The position numbers and the translations under genes are program-made. The notes below the pieces were generated by a model. It saw nothing but the letters and a program-made list of their open reading frames with translations, was not told where the DNA came from and made no database searches. This document shows, piece by piece, positions 9,823 through 20,100 of a stretch of 64,000 nucleotides of DNA; within the stretch, counting starts at the first letter, position 1, and each line of letters begins with the position of its first letter. Origin of the DNA: an uncultured Gemmatimonadales bacterium (GTDB lineage: Bacteria > Gemmatimonadota > Gemmatimonadetes > Gemmatimonadales > GWC2-71-9); NCBI GenBank assembly GCA_963762545.1, contig CAVXLC010000001.1, positions 372,546-436,545 of the forward strand. The letters run 5' to 3'.

Positions 9823-10332
9823 ATGACCGCTTCCGAACCGAAGGCCGTCCAGGATTACTACCCGGACGACTTCGCCCATTGCTACGGCTGCGGGCGACTG
9901 AACGCACACGGCCTCCACGTGCGCTCCGTCCGGGAGGGCGACGAAATGGTCGCGCGCTTCACGCCCCGCGCGGAACACCTGGCGATGCCCGGTTTCGTGT
10001 ACGGCGGACTTCTGGCCTCGCTGATCGACTGCCACGCGATGGGGACCGCCGCGGCCACGGCCGAACGCATGGACGGGCGCGAGATCGGCGAGGCAGCGGC
10101 GCCCCGCTTCGTCACGGCGTCACTCCGCGTCGACTACCGTGAGCCAACACCGTTGGGGCCCGAACTCGAGCTCCGCGCCCATGTGACCCTGGCCACCGAG
10201 CGCAAGTCGGTCGTCGCGGTCACGGTGTCGGCTCATGGTACGATCACCGTTCGCGGAGAAGTCGTGGCGGTACGGATGCCGGCGTCGATGGCGAAGCCTC
10301 CAGCGGCGCGCGAGGAGCGGCGCGTGCCATGA
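9823..10332 (+). CDS. PaaI-family hotdog-fold thioesterase
   Basis: HCYGCGRLNAHGL followed by FVYGGLLASLIDCHAMG and a C-terminal beta-sheet segment, typical of PaaI/4HBT-type thioesterases. ATG at 9823 gives a compact 169-aa product. Confidence 0.7.
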   Translation: MTASEPKAVQDYYPDDFAHCYGCGRLNAHGLHVRSVREGDEMVARFTPRAEHLAMPGFVYGGLLASLIDCHAMGTAAATAERMDGREIGEAAAPRFVTASLRVDYREPTPLGPELELRAHVTLATERKSVVAVTVSAHGTITVRGEVVAVRMPASMAKPPAAREERRVP

Positions 10333-10349
10333 TGCCGGCGATGGGGGCT

Positions 10350-12449
10350 TCACCGCGGTGCTTCCCGCTCACGCCTCCAGACCACCCGCCAGCGAATCGT
10401 CCCACCACCGGCTGGCATGATCCGCACCGTCCGGAGCGCTCCTGCGCGGCCGGCCCTCTGCACCGTCCCTCGGTCGACCCGCGCACCGGCGAAGCGGTAT
10501 CCCGCCGGCTCGCTGAGGTACAGGTCGTAGGGATCGCCGGCGACCACGCTGCTCTCGCCCTCGAGCGCCGTACCGTTCCACGAGACACGCTGCAGGTCCG
10601 GGCCACCGCAGGTCAGGTGACGGCTGGTGGCGAGGAGCTGGGGATGCGGGGTGCGCTCGCGAATACAGAGAACCTGGACCTGGTATCGAGAGTCGATCGG
10701 CCCCGCCGGAAAAGAATCGCGAAAGTGTCCCAGCAGGCGCCTGGACCAGAACTCGAACACCGCGTAGTCGTGCCCGGCCGCGAGACCAAGGTCGGTGAAC
10801 CGGATCACGGCGGGCGCGCCCGCCGTGCGGGCAAGGACGGTCCAGGTCGCGAACCGCCGGTTCACATCCAGCTGATAGAGGGTCGCCACGAGCCGCTGCT
10901 CGGCGTCAAAGGGCCGAGGCCCGGATCCGCTCAGGGTCGTGGCGGTCTCGGTCAGGCGCTCGGAGCGCGACGGGTCCACATCGTAGAGCTGACCCGGGAC
11001 GGTGAACAGGACCGGGGCCGCGCGCCGGGCCGCCTCCACCCGGCTGGTCCGGTAGACCTCCGGCGGATCGGTCAGCATCAGGAGCGAGCCGGTGAGCGAC
11101 GCGATGGAGGTCGCCCGCCAGGCATCGGATTGCGACAGCTCGATGTGATCGGGGTCGTTCCGCCACACCACGTTGTTGAATGAGTTGTACTGGGCGAACC
11201 CGCCGTAGCCGAACCCATCGTTCCCCACCCGCACGGCGTCCACGATGCCGATCAGCTCGGGCCGGATCCCCCAGCACCCCAGCATGAAGACCCCGCGCCC
11301 GATGGCGTCGCGGATGGCCTGCACGAGCCCCCGGTACACCTCGACCCGGTCCAGGCCGCGGCTGCGGAAGTAGTCGGCGTGGCTGTTGTAGCCCTCGTAG
11401 AGCAGGTGCCGCAGCGCGTCCACCTTGACGTAGGCCCACCCGGAACGGGCCAGCGCCTGATACACCGGCCGGACCAGGGTATCGAGGGTGGCCCGATTGG
11501 ACCCGTCCATCACGTACCCCACCCAGTTGCCCAGGGCCGGGCCGCTGGAGTCGTGCACGAAGTACTCCGGGTGGCTAGCGGCCCAGGAGCGGTTCTGGAA
11601 CGAGACATTGGTCCAGAGTCCCGGCTTGAGGCCCCGGCCCGCGATGTAGCGTCGCAGGGCGTCAAGCCCTGCCGGGAATTTGCTGTTGGTAGTCAGCCAG
11701 TGGTCGGGGACGCCGATCGGCGGGCTCTGGTAGCCGTCATCGATCTGGAGATACTCGAAGCCGTACGGCAGCAGCCGTTCGGCTAACACATCCGCCGTGC
11801 GGTGTATATCGGCTTCGGTTACGGCGTCGCGGAAGGCGTACCAGGAGGTCCACCCGGCCACCGAGGCGTGCCACGGCCGGTAGGTCCACGGCCGGTACCA
11901 GGCGAGCCCGCGGTGACGTCCGTAGTAGCGGGGCCGGAACCGGAGCGCCACTTCCGGTCCTGTGGCCTCGAGCCGGAAGCTGACCGAATCCTCGTTGGCG
12001 GCCAGCGGCGTGAGGCTGACGTCGGCCGGGAAATCGGTCGAGAGCACCCAGTCCCCCTGGCGGTCATACACGGCGCGGTCGAGCCGGTTGGTGCCGAAGC
12101 CGGTACGCTGCCGCACGACGCGCAGCCCGTCCTGCCGCGGCTCCGCCTCGGCGGAGAAGGCCTCGCCGCTGCCGGCGACCGTCCCGATGACGTGGACCAG
12201 GCCGCGGCCGCGGACGGTCCATTTGAGGATCTGGGTGACCATGCCGCCCACGGTGTCGGTGAGCGTGCGCAGCTCGACGGCCGCGCCGTCGGCGCGAATG
12301 ACTCCATCGAAGATGGAGACTCCGTCATAGCTGAGATGGACATGCCCGCCGTCCCCCGTGACCACGGCCGGAGCGTTGGGCGGCTCGGCGACCTGGGCGG
12401 CCAGGGTGGCGGGCAAGAGCGGCAGCAGGAGGAGGCCGACAGCGCGCAT
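10350..12449 (-). CDS. clan GH-D (GH27/GH36-like) alpha-galactosidase family glycoside hydrolase
   Basis: Signal peptide MRAVGLLLLPLLPATLAAQ from ATG at 12449. Motifs GWTSWYAF, YGFEYLQIDDGYQ, FPAGL..GLKPGLW, YVKVD and WRNDPDH match melibiase-type catalytic-domain landmarks. Confidence 0.7.
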   Translation of the reverse strand: MRAVGLLLLPLLPATLAAQVAEPPNAPAVVTGDGGHVHLSYDGVSIFDGVIRADGAAVELRTLTDTVGGMVTQILKWTVRGRGLVHVIGTVAGSGEAFSAEAEPRQDGLRVVRQRTGFGTNRLDRAVYDRQGDWVLSTDFPADVSLTPLAANEDSVSFRLEATGPEVALRFRPRYYGRHRGLAWYRPWTYRPWHASVAGWTSWYAFRDAVTEADIHRTADVLAERLLPYGFEYLQIDDGYQSPPIGVPDHWLTTNSKFPAGLDALRRYIAGRGLKPGLWTNVSFQNRSWAASHPEYFVHDSSGPALGNWVGYVMDGSNRATLDTLVRPVYQALARSGWAYVKVDALRHLLYEGYNSHADYFRSRGLDRVEVYRGLVQAIRDAIGRGVFMLGCWGIRPELIGIVDAVRVGNDGFGYGGFAQYNSFNNVVWRNDPDHIELSQSDAWRATSIASLTGSLLMLTDPPEVYRTSRVEAARRAAPVLFTVPGQLYDVDPSRSERLTETATTLSGSGPRPFDAEQRLVATLYQLDVNRRFATWTVLARTAGAPAVIRFTDLGLAAGHDYAVFEFWSRRLLGHFRDSFPAGPIDSRYQVQVLCIRERTPHPQLLATSRHLTCGGPDLQRVSWNGTALEGESSVVAGDPYDLYLSEPAGYRFAGARVDRGTVQRAGRAGALRTVRIMPAGGGTIRWRVVWRREREAPR

Positions 12450-12736
12450 GCATGGACCGCCAGGGAGAGGGATGGGAGAATCTACGATTCCGACCGAGGC
12501 GGGGTACTGCGGGTCACCGCTCCTGCTGCTCGGAATCCTGTCTGCCGGTGGGAAACCGCTCGCCGGACGGATCATCGTCCCATCGTCTAAATGTCTCTTA
12601 TAGGCATCGCATGCCATATCCACACGATTCGCGGGGTAGCTTGCGTCTGGTGGACCGGAGGCGAGGGTTCCCCGCGACGATCGGGCGCGTGATCCCGTCA
12701 GCCACTTAACAAGTACCGAGCGAAGGGAGCAGCCCC

Positions 12737-13327
12737 ATGCAGATCACGGACATCCTGGCCCAGATGGGCGGCCTCAAGTCGATGGCGCGGGAGCTGGGCG
12801 TCAGCGAGACCCAGGCGGCCAGTGGCGCCGCGGCGCTGGTGCCGGCGATCCTCGGCGGATTCAAGAAGCAGGCGCAGGTGCAGCCGGCGGGCCTCGACGG
12901 GCTCGGCGGCCTGCTCGGGAAGCTCGGTGGCGGCGGCCTGCTCGACGACGTGCTGTCGCCGCAGCCGACCAACGTGAGCCGGGGTAACGAGGTGCTGGGG
13001 CAGATCTTCGGCTCCAAGGACGTGAGCCGCACGGTGGCACAAGATGCCGCCGCGAAGTCGGGGCTCGACCCGTCCACCCTCAAGAAGATGCTGCCGATGC
13101 TGGCGATGCTGGTCACCGGCTTCATGGCGAAGCAGCAGCAGGGCGCCGGCGCAGCGGCGCAACCGGCCCCGGCAGGCGGCGGGCTGAGCGGCATGCTGGG
13201 TGGCCTGTTCGGCGGCCAGGGAGCCGCCACCGCCGCCGCGCCGGGGCTCGCCTCGATGCTCGATCTGAACGGCGACGGCAATCCCCTGGACGACATCATG
13301 CAGATGGCCGGCAAGGCGATGCGCTAG
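12737..13327 (+). CDS. DUF937 domain-containing protein
   Basis: MQITDILAQMGGLKSMARELGVSETQA.. followed by Gly-rich linkers and LLDDVL / LDDIMQMAGK segments, characteristic of DUF937 proteins. Confidence 0.7.
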   Translation: MQITDILAQMGGLKSMARELGVSETQAASGAAALVPAILGGFKKQAQVQPAGLDGLGGLLGKLGGGGLLDDVLSPQPTNVSRGNEVLGQIFGSKDVSRTVAQDAAAKSGLDPSTLKKMLPMLAMLVTGFMAKQQQGAGAAAQPAPAGGGLSGMLGGLFGGQGAATAAAPGLASMLDLNGDGNPLDDIMQMAGKAMR

Positions 13328-13384
13328 CCGCGCCGCGCGCCGGGGCGCGCGGGTGGGTGGCGTCGATCCTCGGAGGGTACGCAC

Positions 13385-13645
13385 ATGAACTGGATCATCT
13401 CGTTGATCATCGGCGGAATCGTCGGCTGGCTGGCGAGCATCGTCATGAAGACCAACGCCCAGATGGGTTGCTTCGCCAACGTGGTGGTGGGCGTGGTCGG
13501 CTCGGTGCTGGGCTACTGGCTCGCCGGAATGCTGGGCCTCGCGCCCACGGGCGGCATCGTGCGGTTCGTGGTCGCGGTGGCAGGAGCGGTGGTGCTGATC
13601 TTCCTCCTGCGCGCGTTCGGCGTGTTCCGGAAGCCGCAAGGCTAG
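13385..13645 (+). CDS. GlsB/YeaQ/YmgE family stress-response membrane protein
   Basis: 86 aa with three hydrophobic helices. N-terminal MNWIISLIIGGIVGWLASIVM is typical of the transglycosylase-associated (YeaQ) family. Confidence 0.8.
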   Translation: MNWIISLIIGGIVGWLASIVMKTNAQMGCFANVVVGVVGSVLGYWLAGMLGLAPTGGIVRFVVAVAGAVVLIFLLRAFGVFRKPQG

Positions 13646-13718
13646 CCGCGCCGCCACGGCGCCAGCCGCTCCGCTGCCTGGAGTCGCTCGAGGGGGCCGG
13701 ACGCGGAGTCGAACGCCG

Positions 13719-13740
13719 CCGGGGCACGATCGTGCCCCGG
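13719..13740. terminator. perfect 22-nt palindrome between convergent genes (candidate bidirectional terminator)
   Basis: CCGGGGCACGATCGTGCCCCGG is self-complementary over all 22 nt. It lies between the YeaQ-like stop (13645) and the minus-strand lipoprotein stop (13760). No clear U-tract. Confidence 0.35.
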
Positions 13741-13759
13741 TTCGAGCACAAGGGAGGTA

Positions 13760-14272
13760 CTACGGTCTGATGGCGAACTGCACGACCACGTCCTCGAATT
13801 CTCCGGGAGCCGAGATCGTCAGCTGATAGACGCCGGCCCTCAGGTCCTGCCCGAGGTTGAACTGGCTCAGCTTGGTGGAGAGGTTGAAGATGTACTGCCC
13901 GCTTCCGGCGGAGCGCATCGTGGTGCCTTCGTCGGCCGCGCTCGAGGAGATCAGCTCGTTCACCGGGCCGCCGCCGAGGTCGATCAGCGCCAGGGAGACG
14001 TCGGGCGCCAGGGTGTTCACGGGCTCGCCGCTGACGCAGTCGGTGATCCGGATCTTGACCGGGATGGTGCGCCCGAGCTTGAAGCTGCTCGAGCTATCGG
14101 GGTTGATCGGCTCGAGAATGCCGCCGGTCAGGTAGGGCAGGGAGCAGCCCCCGGGCCCGATCAGCAGGGACGGCGACTGCGCGCTGGGCGCGACCGGCGA
14201 ATCGTGGATGCACGCACCCGCCAGGAGAAGGACACAGGGAAGCAGCCGGAATAGCCGTGAGCGTGACCGCAT
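13760..14272 (-). CDS. hypothetical lipoprotein
   Basis: ATG at 14272 gives MRSRSRLFRLLPCVLLLAGAC with a lipobox (LAGAC). The rest of the protein is beta-rich. The longer ORF-track start (14521) overlaps the DUF899 gene. Confidence 0.55.
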   Translation of the reverse strand: MRSRSRLFRLLPCVLLLAGACIHDSPVAPSAQSPSLLIGPGGCSLPYLTGGILEPINPDSSSSFKLGRTIPVKIRITDCVSGEPVNTLAPDVSLALIDLGGGPVNELISSSAADEGTTMRSAGSGQYIFNLSTKLSQFNLGQDLRAGVYQLTISAPGEFEDVVVQFAIRP

Positions 14273-14438
14273 CTGCGATCTCCTTGAGGTAGCCAGGTGA
14301 AATGGGGTACCGGACAAGGTGGGTTGCGTTGTGCGCCTCGGCAATTGGCAGAAATTGGGCGCCGCGAAGTCGTCCGTCATGACTTGCGACACCGTCCGGA
14401 AGCGGTACGATTCCAGGCCGAATCGAGTGGAGCATTCG

Positions 14439-15143
14439 ATGCAGCCCGACCATCGTGTGGTGTCCCGCAGGGAATGGATCGAGGAGCGAAGGGGCCTCCT
14501 GGTCAAGGAAAAGGAATTCACTCGCCTCCGCGACGACCTGAGCCGGGCCCGCCGGGAGCTGCCCTGGGTGGCGGTGGAGCAGGCCTATGCATTCGAGGGC
14601 CCGGCGGGCAGGGAATCCCTCGCGGATCTCTTCGAGGGGCGGAGCCAGCTCGTGGTCTACCACTTCATGTTCGCCCCGGACGCCAAGGCGGGCTGCCCCC
14701 ACTGTTCCTTCTGGGCCGACAACTTCAACGACATCATCGTGCATCTGAACCACCGGGACGTGACCATGATCGCCGTGTCGCGCGCGCCGTCCCCCGTGCT
14801 CGAGGCGTACAAGCAGCGGATGGGGTGGACCTTCAAGTGGGTGTCGTCGGGGAAGACCGGATTCAACTTCGACTACCAGGCATCCTTCACACCCGAGGCG
14901 CTCGCCGGCGGGACGGCGCTGTACAACTTTGCCGAGCAGGACCCGGGCGATTCCGAGCGCGAAGGGGTGAGCGTGTTCTACCGCGACCCTTCCGGCCGGA
15001 TCTTCCACACCTACTCGACCTACGCCCGGGGGATCGACCTGCTCAACACCGCCTACAACTACCTCGACCTGGTGCCCAAGGGCCGGGACGAGGGCGATCG
15101 GGGGCAGTACTGGGTCCGGCGGCACGACGAGTATCCACGGTAA
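14439..15143 (+). CDS. DUF899 thioredoxin-like family protein
   Basis: MQPDHRVVSRREWIEERRGLLVKEKEFTRLRDDLSRARRELPW and the CPHCSFW motif are characteristic of DUF899. Confidence 0.8.
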   Translation: MQPDHRVVSRREWIEERRGLLVKEKEFTRLRDDLSRARRELPWVAVEQAYAFEGPAGRESLADLFEGRSQLVVYHFMFAPDAKAGCPHCSFWADNFNDIIVHLNHRDVTMIAVSRAPSPVLEAYKQRMGWTFKWVSSGKTGFNFDYQASFTPEALAGGTALYNFAEQDPGDSEREGVSVFYRDPSGRIFHTYSTYARGIDLLNTAYNYLDLVPKGRDEGDRGQYWVRRHDEYPR

Positions 15144-15156
15144 CCGAGGCCACCTC

Positions 15157-15339
15157 ATGAGAACCTATGTCATGACCACCGGCGCGGTGTTTGGCCTGCT
15201 CGTGGTGCTGCACGTCTGGCGAGTGGTGGAGGAGGGGGTGCACCTCGTCAAGGATCCCGGGTGGGTGCTCATCACCGCGGCGGCGGCGGTTCTCTGCCTC
15301 TGGGCGCTGCGGGTGCTCCGCGGCTCGGCGCGGCCGTAA
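15157..15339 (+). CDS. small two-helix membrane protein
   Basis: 60 aa with two hydrophobic segments (TGAVFGLLVVLHVW, VLITAAAAVLCLWAL). It starts 14 nt after the DUF899 stop. G/C third-position bias. Confidence 0.45.
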   Translation: MRTYVMTTGAVFGLLVVLHVWRVVEEGVHLVKDPGWVLITAAAAVLCLWALRVLRGSARP

Positions 15340-15346
15340 CGGCGCG

Positions 15347-16813
15347 TTAGCGCTGGTAGAGATCCACCAGCTCGCGGAGCCGCTGGACGATGCCGGGCGT
15401 GAGCTGTTCCGGGGCATAGCGAAACTCCCAGTTGCCGGACTGGCGGCCCGGGAGGTTCATCCGCGCCTCACTCCCGAGCCCGAGGACATCCTGCATCGGG
15501 ATGAGGGCGGTATTGGCCACCGAGGCCAGGGCGGTGCGGATCAGGGTCCAGTTCATCTCGCGTCCATCGGTCGCGAGGTACCGCATGGCGTAGTCCCGCT
15601 CTTCCGCCACGTCCCGTTCGCTGCGGGTGGAGTCCCCGGCACCCGAGGAGTTCCACCAGCCGAGGGTGGTGTCGTTGTCGTGGGTCCCGGTGTAGACCAC
15701 GCGCTCGCGGGGGTAGGTGTGCGGCAGAAAGAGGTTGGCCTGCCCGTCGGTCCCGAACGCGAATTGCAGGATGCTCATCCCGGGGTAGCCGAAGCGCTCC
15801 CGCAGCTCTTCGACGGCCGGTGTGATGACGCCCAGGTTCTCGGCCACGATGGGGAGCGGCCCCAGCGCCTCGGTGATGGCGGCGAGCAGCTCCGCACCCG
15901 GCCCCTCGACCCAGCGGCCGTTCTCGGCCGTGGTGTCGGCGCCCGGCACCTCCCAGAACGCCTCGAAGCCGCGGAAATGGTCCACCCGGACCAGGTCGAA
16001 GAGCTCGAACGCGGCGCGCATCCGGCGAATCCACCAGTCGTAGCCCCGGGCCCGCATCGCCTCCCAATCGTAGATCGGATTGCCCCAGAGCTGGCCGGTG
16101 GCGCTGAAGTAGTCCGGGGGGACTCCGGCCTGGGCCAGCAACCGTCCCCGGTCATCCAGCTTGAACAGCGCGGGATGGGACCAGACATCCGCGGAATCGT
16201 GCGCGACGTAGATGGGGATGTCGCCCATGAGCTGGATGCCACGGGCGGCGGCCGCGTGCCGGAGCGCGGAGAATTGGGTGAAGAACAGCGCCTGCTCCCT
16301 GCGGTAGTGCTCCACCGACTCCGCGAGCCGGGACCGCCAGTCGTCAAGCGCGGCAGGGTGTCGCAGGGCGGCTCCCGGCTCCCATTCGGTCCACGCGACG
16401 CCCCCGTGCGCCTGCTTGAGCGCCATGAATAGAGCGTAGTCCTCCAGCCACCAGCTCTGACCGGCGACGAAGGCGCGATAGCCTTCGTCTGGCTCGAAAT
16501 GCTCCAGGGCCTGGCGCAGCAGGGCCTGTTTATGGGGAATGACCCACGGGAAATCCACCGTGTGGGGGGGAAAGTCCTCGACCGTACCGGGCACATGAAT
16601 GAGCAGGGGGTTCCCGGCAAAGGCCGAGAAGCACTGATAGGGAGAATTGCCGTACCCGGTGGGTCCCATCGGCAGCATCTGCCAGATTCGGAGGCCGGTT
16701 TCGGCGAGAAAATCGAGAAACCGGTGTGCTTCGGGGCCGATCTCGCCGATGCCGTTCGGGCCGGGGAGGGACGTCGGGTGGAGCAGGATGCCGGCGGAAC
16801 GCGGGAAGCTCAT
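15347..16813 (-). CDS. malQ: 4-alpha-glucanotransferase (amylomaltase, GH77)
   Basis: MSFPRSAGILLHPTSLPGPNGIGEIGPEAHRFLDFLAETGLRIWQMLPMGPTGYGNSPYQCFSAFAGNPLLI is a classic MalQ N-terminus. GH77 similarity continues over the full length. Confidence 0.9.
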   Translation of the reverse strand: MSFPRSAGILLHPTSLPGPNGIGEIGPEAHRFLDFLAETGLRIWQMLPMGPTGYGNSPYQCFSAFAGNPLLIHVPGTVEDFPPHTVDFPWVIPHKQALLRQALEHFEPDEGYRAFVAGQSWWLEDYALFMALKQAHGGVAWTEWEPGAALRHPAALDDWRSRLAESVEHYRREQALFFTQFSALRHAAAARGIQLMGDIPIYVAHDSADVWSHPALFKLDDRGRLLAQAGVPPDYFSATGQLWGNPIYDWEAMRARGYDWWIRRMRAAFELFDLVRVDHFRGFEAFWEVPGADTTAENGRWVEGPGAELLAAITEALGPLPIVAENLGVITPAVEELRERFGYPGMSILQFAFGTDGQANLFLPHTYPRERVVYTGTHDNDTTLGWWNSSGAGDSTRSERDVAEERDYAMRYLATDGREMNWTLIRTALASVANTALIPMQDVLGLGSEARMNLPGRQSGNWEFRYAPEQLTPGIVQRLRELVDLYQR

Positions 16814-16936
16814 GGCGAAGCGGCGTATGGTACTGCGTACAAGCCGCTTACGCCACTCCGGACACCTGGTCAGGCCCGGTAAAGTGCCTTTCATACCCTC
16901 TTGTCCTCCCCTTCATCTTCCGGGCTGCGAATGTAC

Positions 16937-16965
16937 TTGACGGAGGGTGGTCCGGGCGGCATACT
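16937..16965 (+). promoter_or_regulatory. candidate sigma70-type promoter for the susC-like gene
   Basis: TTGACG (16937-16942), 17-nt spacer, CATACT (16960-16965). It sits in the less GC-rich malQ/susC divergent intergenic region, about 155 nt upstream of the susC-like ATG. Confidence 0.2.
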
Positions 16966-17121
16966 GGATTCTCTCGCTGGTGCTTGTCGCACCGCATGGG
17001 CAGGATTCCTTCAAACTCCGCGGAGCACGGACGTGCCCGCTCCTTCCTTAGTCTTGTCGCCGTTACTCGGCAGCGTGTTTGCCATTCATTTCTCATTCCC
17101 ACCAGCACTCAGAGGGCGCGT

Positions 17122-20100
17122 ATGAAACCACGTCGGTATGTCATCGGTGCGCTGCTCGTCGCACTCGGAGTAATACCGCTTCGCGCGCAAGCGCAGACCG
17201 GTACGATTCGCGGAAAGGTCACCAACGAGGTGACGGGGCTTCCGCTCGCCGGTGCCGCGGTCTGGTTCGGGGCCCGTATCGCGCAGACCCGGCCGGACGG
17301 GCAATACGTCCTCACTGGAGTCCCCACCGGCACGGGCACGCTCCACGCCCGGTTGATCGGATACGCTCCCACCGAGAAGACCGTCACGGTCGTGTCGGGG
17401 ATGACGATCGATGTCGACCTGGCCATGGCGGCCAGCGCCGTGACCCTGTCGGAAATCGTGGTGACCGGGTACGGGGAGCAGCGGGCCGGGAACATTACCG
17501 GCGCGGTGACGCAGGTGTCGGCGGCGGATTTCAACACCGGGCGCATCATCAGCCCGGAAGAGCTCATTCGCAGCAAGGTCCCGGGCGTCCAGGTGGTGGA
17601 TAACAATGAGCCCGGCGGCGGCTTTTCAATCCGGATTCGCGGGGCCACCTCCATCAACGCCAGCAGCGAGCCACTCATCGTGATCGATGGCGTGGCGGTG
17701 GGCTTTGGTTCCGGCGGCGGACTGTCCGCGGGCCGCAACCCGCTCAACTTCCTCGACCCGAACGATATCGAAAACGTCACCGTGCTCCGGGATGCCTCGG
17801 CCGCGGCGATCTACGGGGCCAATGCCGCCAACGGTGTGCTGTTGATCACGACGAAGGCAGGGCACCGGGGCACCCAGTTCGAATACACCGGCAGCATGTC
17901 CTCCTCGTCGGTGACCCGGCTTCCCGACATGCTGAACGCGGCCCAGTTCCGGGCGGCGGTCACGCAGTACGCGCCCCAGAATGTGGGTCAACTGGGCAAC
18001 GCCAATACCAACTGGTTCAGCCAGGTCGACCGCACCGCCTTCGGCCAGGAGCACAACTTTGCGGTCTCGGGGGCGGACGACCGGATGAACTACCGGCTGT
18101 CGGCCGGCTACCTCAATCAGGACGGCATCATCCGGGGCACGACGACCGAGCGGCTTTCGCTGGGGTTGAACTTCCAGCAGCGCCTCTTCAAGGACCGCCT
18201 GGATGTACGCGCCAACCTCCGGGGCTCGCGCGCGAAGGACCTGTTCACGCCCGGCGGGGTGCTCTCCAACGCGGCTCAGTTCGGGCCGACTCAGCCGATC
18301 CTCGATGCCAACACGCCCACCGGTTACTATGACTGGCCGGGGAATTCGCTGCAATCGGCGGACAATCCGGTGGCGCTCCTCAACCTGGCGACCGACCGTG
18401 GGCTGACCTATCGGAGCCTCGGCAACGTGCAGGCCTCCTACCGGCTGCCGTTCCTGGAGGGGCTCAAGGTCAACGGCAACATGAATTACGACGTCACCCG
18501 GACGGACCGGCAGTCATTCTATCCCAGCACCCTGCACGGCCAGACCAAGAACGGCAATGGCGGCTCCGACTACCGGGCCAACCAGAGCCAGGCGAACACC
18601 GGGTTCGACACCTACCTGAACTACACGGCGCCGCTCAACTCGGTGCCCGGCACCATCGATGTGACGGGCGGCTACTCGTACGCCTGGTCGCACGCCGAGT
18701 ATCCCTATTACTCGGCCAACGGCCTCTCCACCAACCTCCTGGGCGGCAACGGTGTCACCTCGGCGCGGTCGGTGGTGAACTTCCAGGACATCGAGGAGAG
18801 CCGGCTGATCTCCGTGTTCGGGCGGGTCAACTACAACTACAACGACAAGTACCTGATCTCGGCCAGCCTCCGGCACGACGGCTCCTCGCGCTTCGGGCCG
18901 GACAATCAGTGGGGCAATTTCCCGTCTGCCTCGGTGGGATGGCGGATCTCCCAGGAGCCGTTCCTCAAGGACAACAAGCTCTTCTCGGATCTGAAGCTCC
19001 GGGCCTCATGGGCCAAGACGGGCAACCAGGCGTTCGGGAACTACCAGCAGTTCGCGTCTTACTTGCTGGGGGCCGACCAGTCGCAGGCGCAATTCGGCAA
19101 CACGTTCGTTCCCACGATCCGGCCGGGCGCGGTCGATCCCGGCATCAAGTGGGAGGCGACCAATGCCTACGACGTGGGCATGGACTTCACCATCCTGAGC
19201 CAGCGGGTGACCGGCACCATCGACTGGTACACCAAGAACACCAAGGACCTGATCTTTACGGTCCCGGTCGCTGCCGGCACCAACCTGTCGAACTTCGTTA
19301 CGACCAACATCGGCAGCATGAAGAATCACGGCCTCGAGCTGGGGCTGAGCGCCCGGATCATCGAGGCGCGGGGACGGGGCCTCACCTGGACCGCCGATTT
19401 CACCGCCTCCCACAACACCAACGAGCTGACCAGCATCAACCCGTTTGCCGGCGCCGCGTCAAAGATCCTGACCGGTGGCATCGCCGGCGGCGTGGGGACG
19501 ACGATCCAGGTGCTCAAGCCGGGAGTCCCGATCAACTCCTTCTACGTGTACCAGCACAAGCTGGGCGCGGACGGGAAGCCGATCTACTCGACCAAAGACC
19601 TCGACATGTATGTGGATCAACCGACGGTGCTGGATCCGGTTGCCTGCCCGGCCGCGCCGGGCTGCGTCGGCCAATACCGGCCTGATGGCGTCATTAATCA
19701 GGATGACCGCCGGCCGTTCCACGATCCGGCCCCGAAGTGGATGCTGAGCCACTCGTCCTACCTGGGCTACCGCGCCTTTGACCTCAGCTTCACGCTGCGC
19801 TCGTACCTGGGGAACTACGTCTACAACAACGTGGCGTCCAACCTGGGCACCTATTCGGAAGTCACCCGGGGCTCGCCCTACAACCTGCATGCCTCGGTGC
19901 TGACGACCGGCTTCGTCACCCCGCAGTACCTCTCCGATTACTATGTGGAGAAGGCGTCGTTCCTGCGGATGGACAACATTACGCTCGCCTATTCGTTCAA
20001 GTATCGGGCCCAGCCGGTGCGCCTCTTCGCGACGGTGCAGAACGCGTTCACCATCACCGGGTACAGCGGAGTGGATCCGACCGCGGGGCTGAATGGCATC

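Noticed and set aside
12628-12682. 8-bp stem (TCGCGGGG ... CCCCGCGA) enclosing about 35 nt in the DUF937 upstream region, a possible small structured RNA
   Set aside because: It is a single GC-rich stem in a GC-rich genome with no recognisable riboswitch core. That is insufficient evidence without covariation data.
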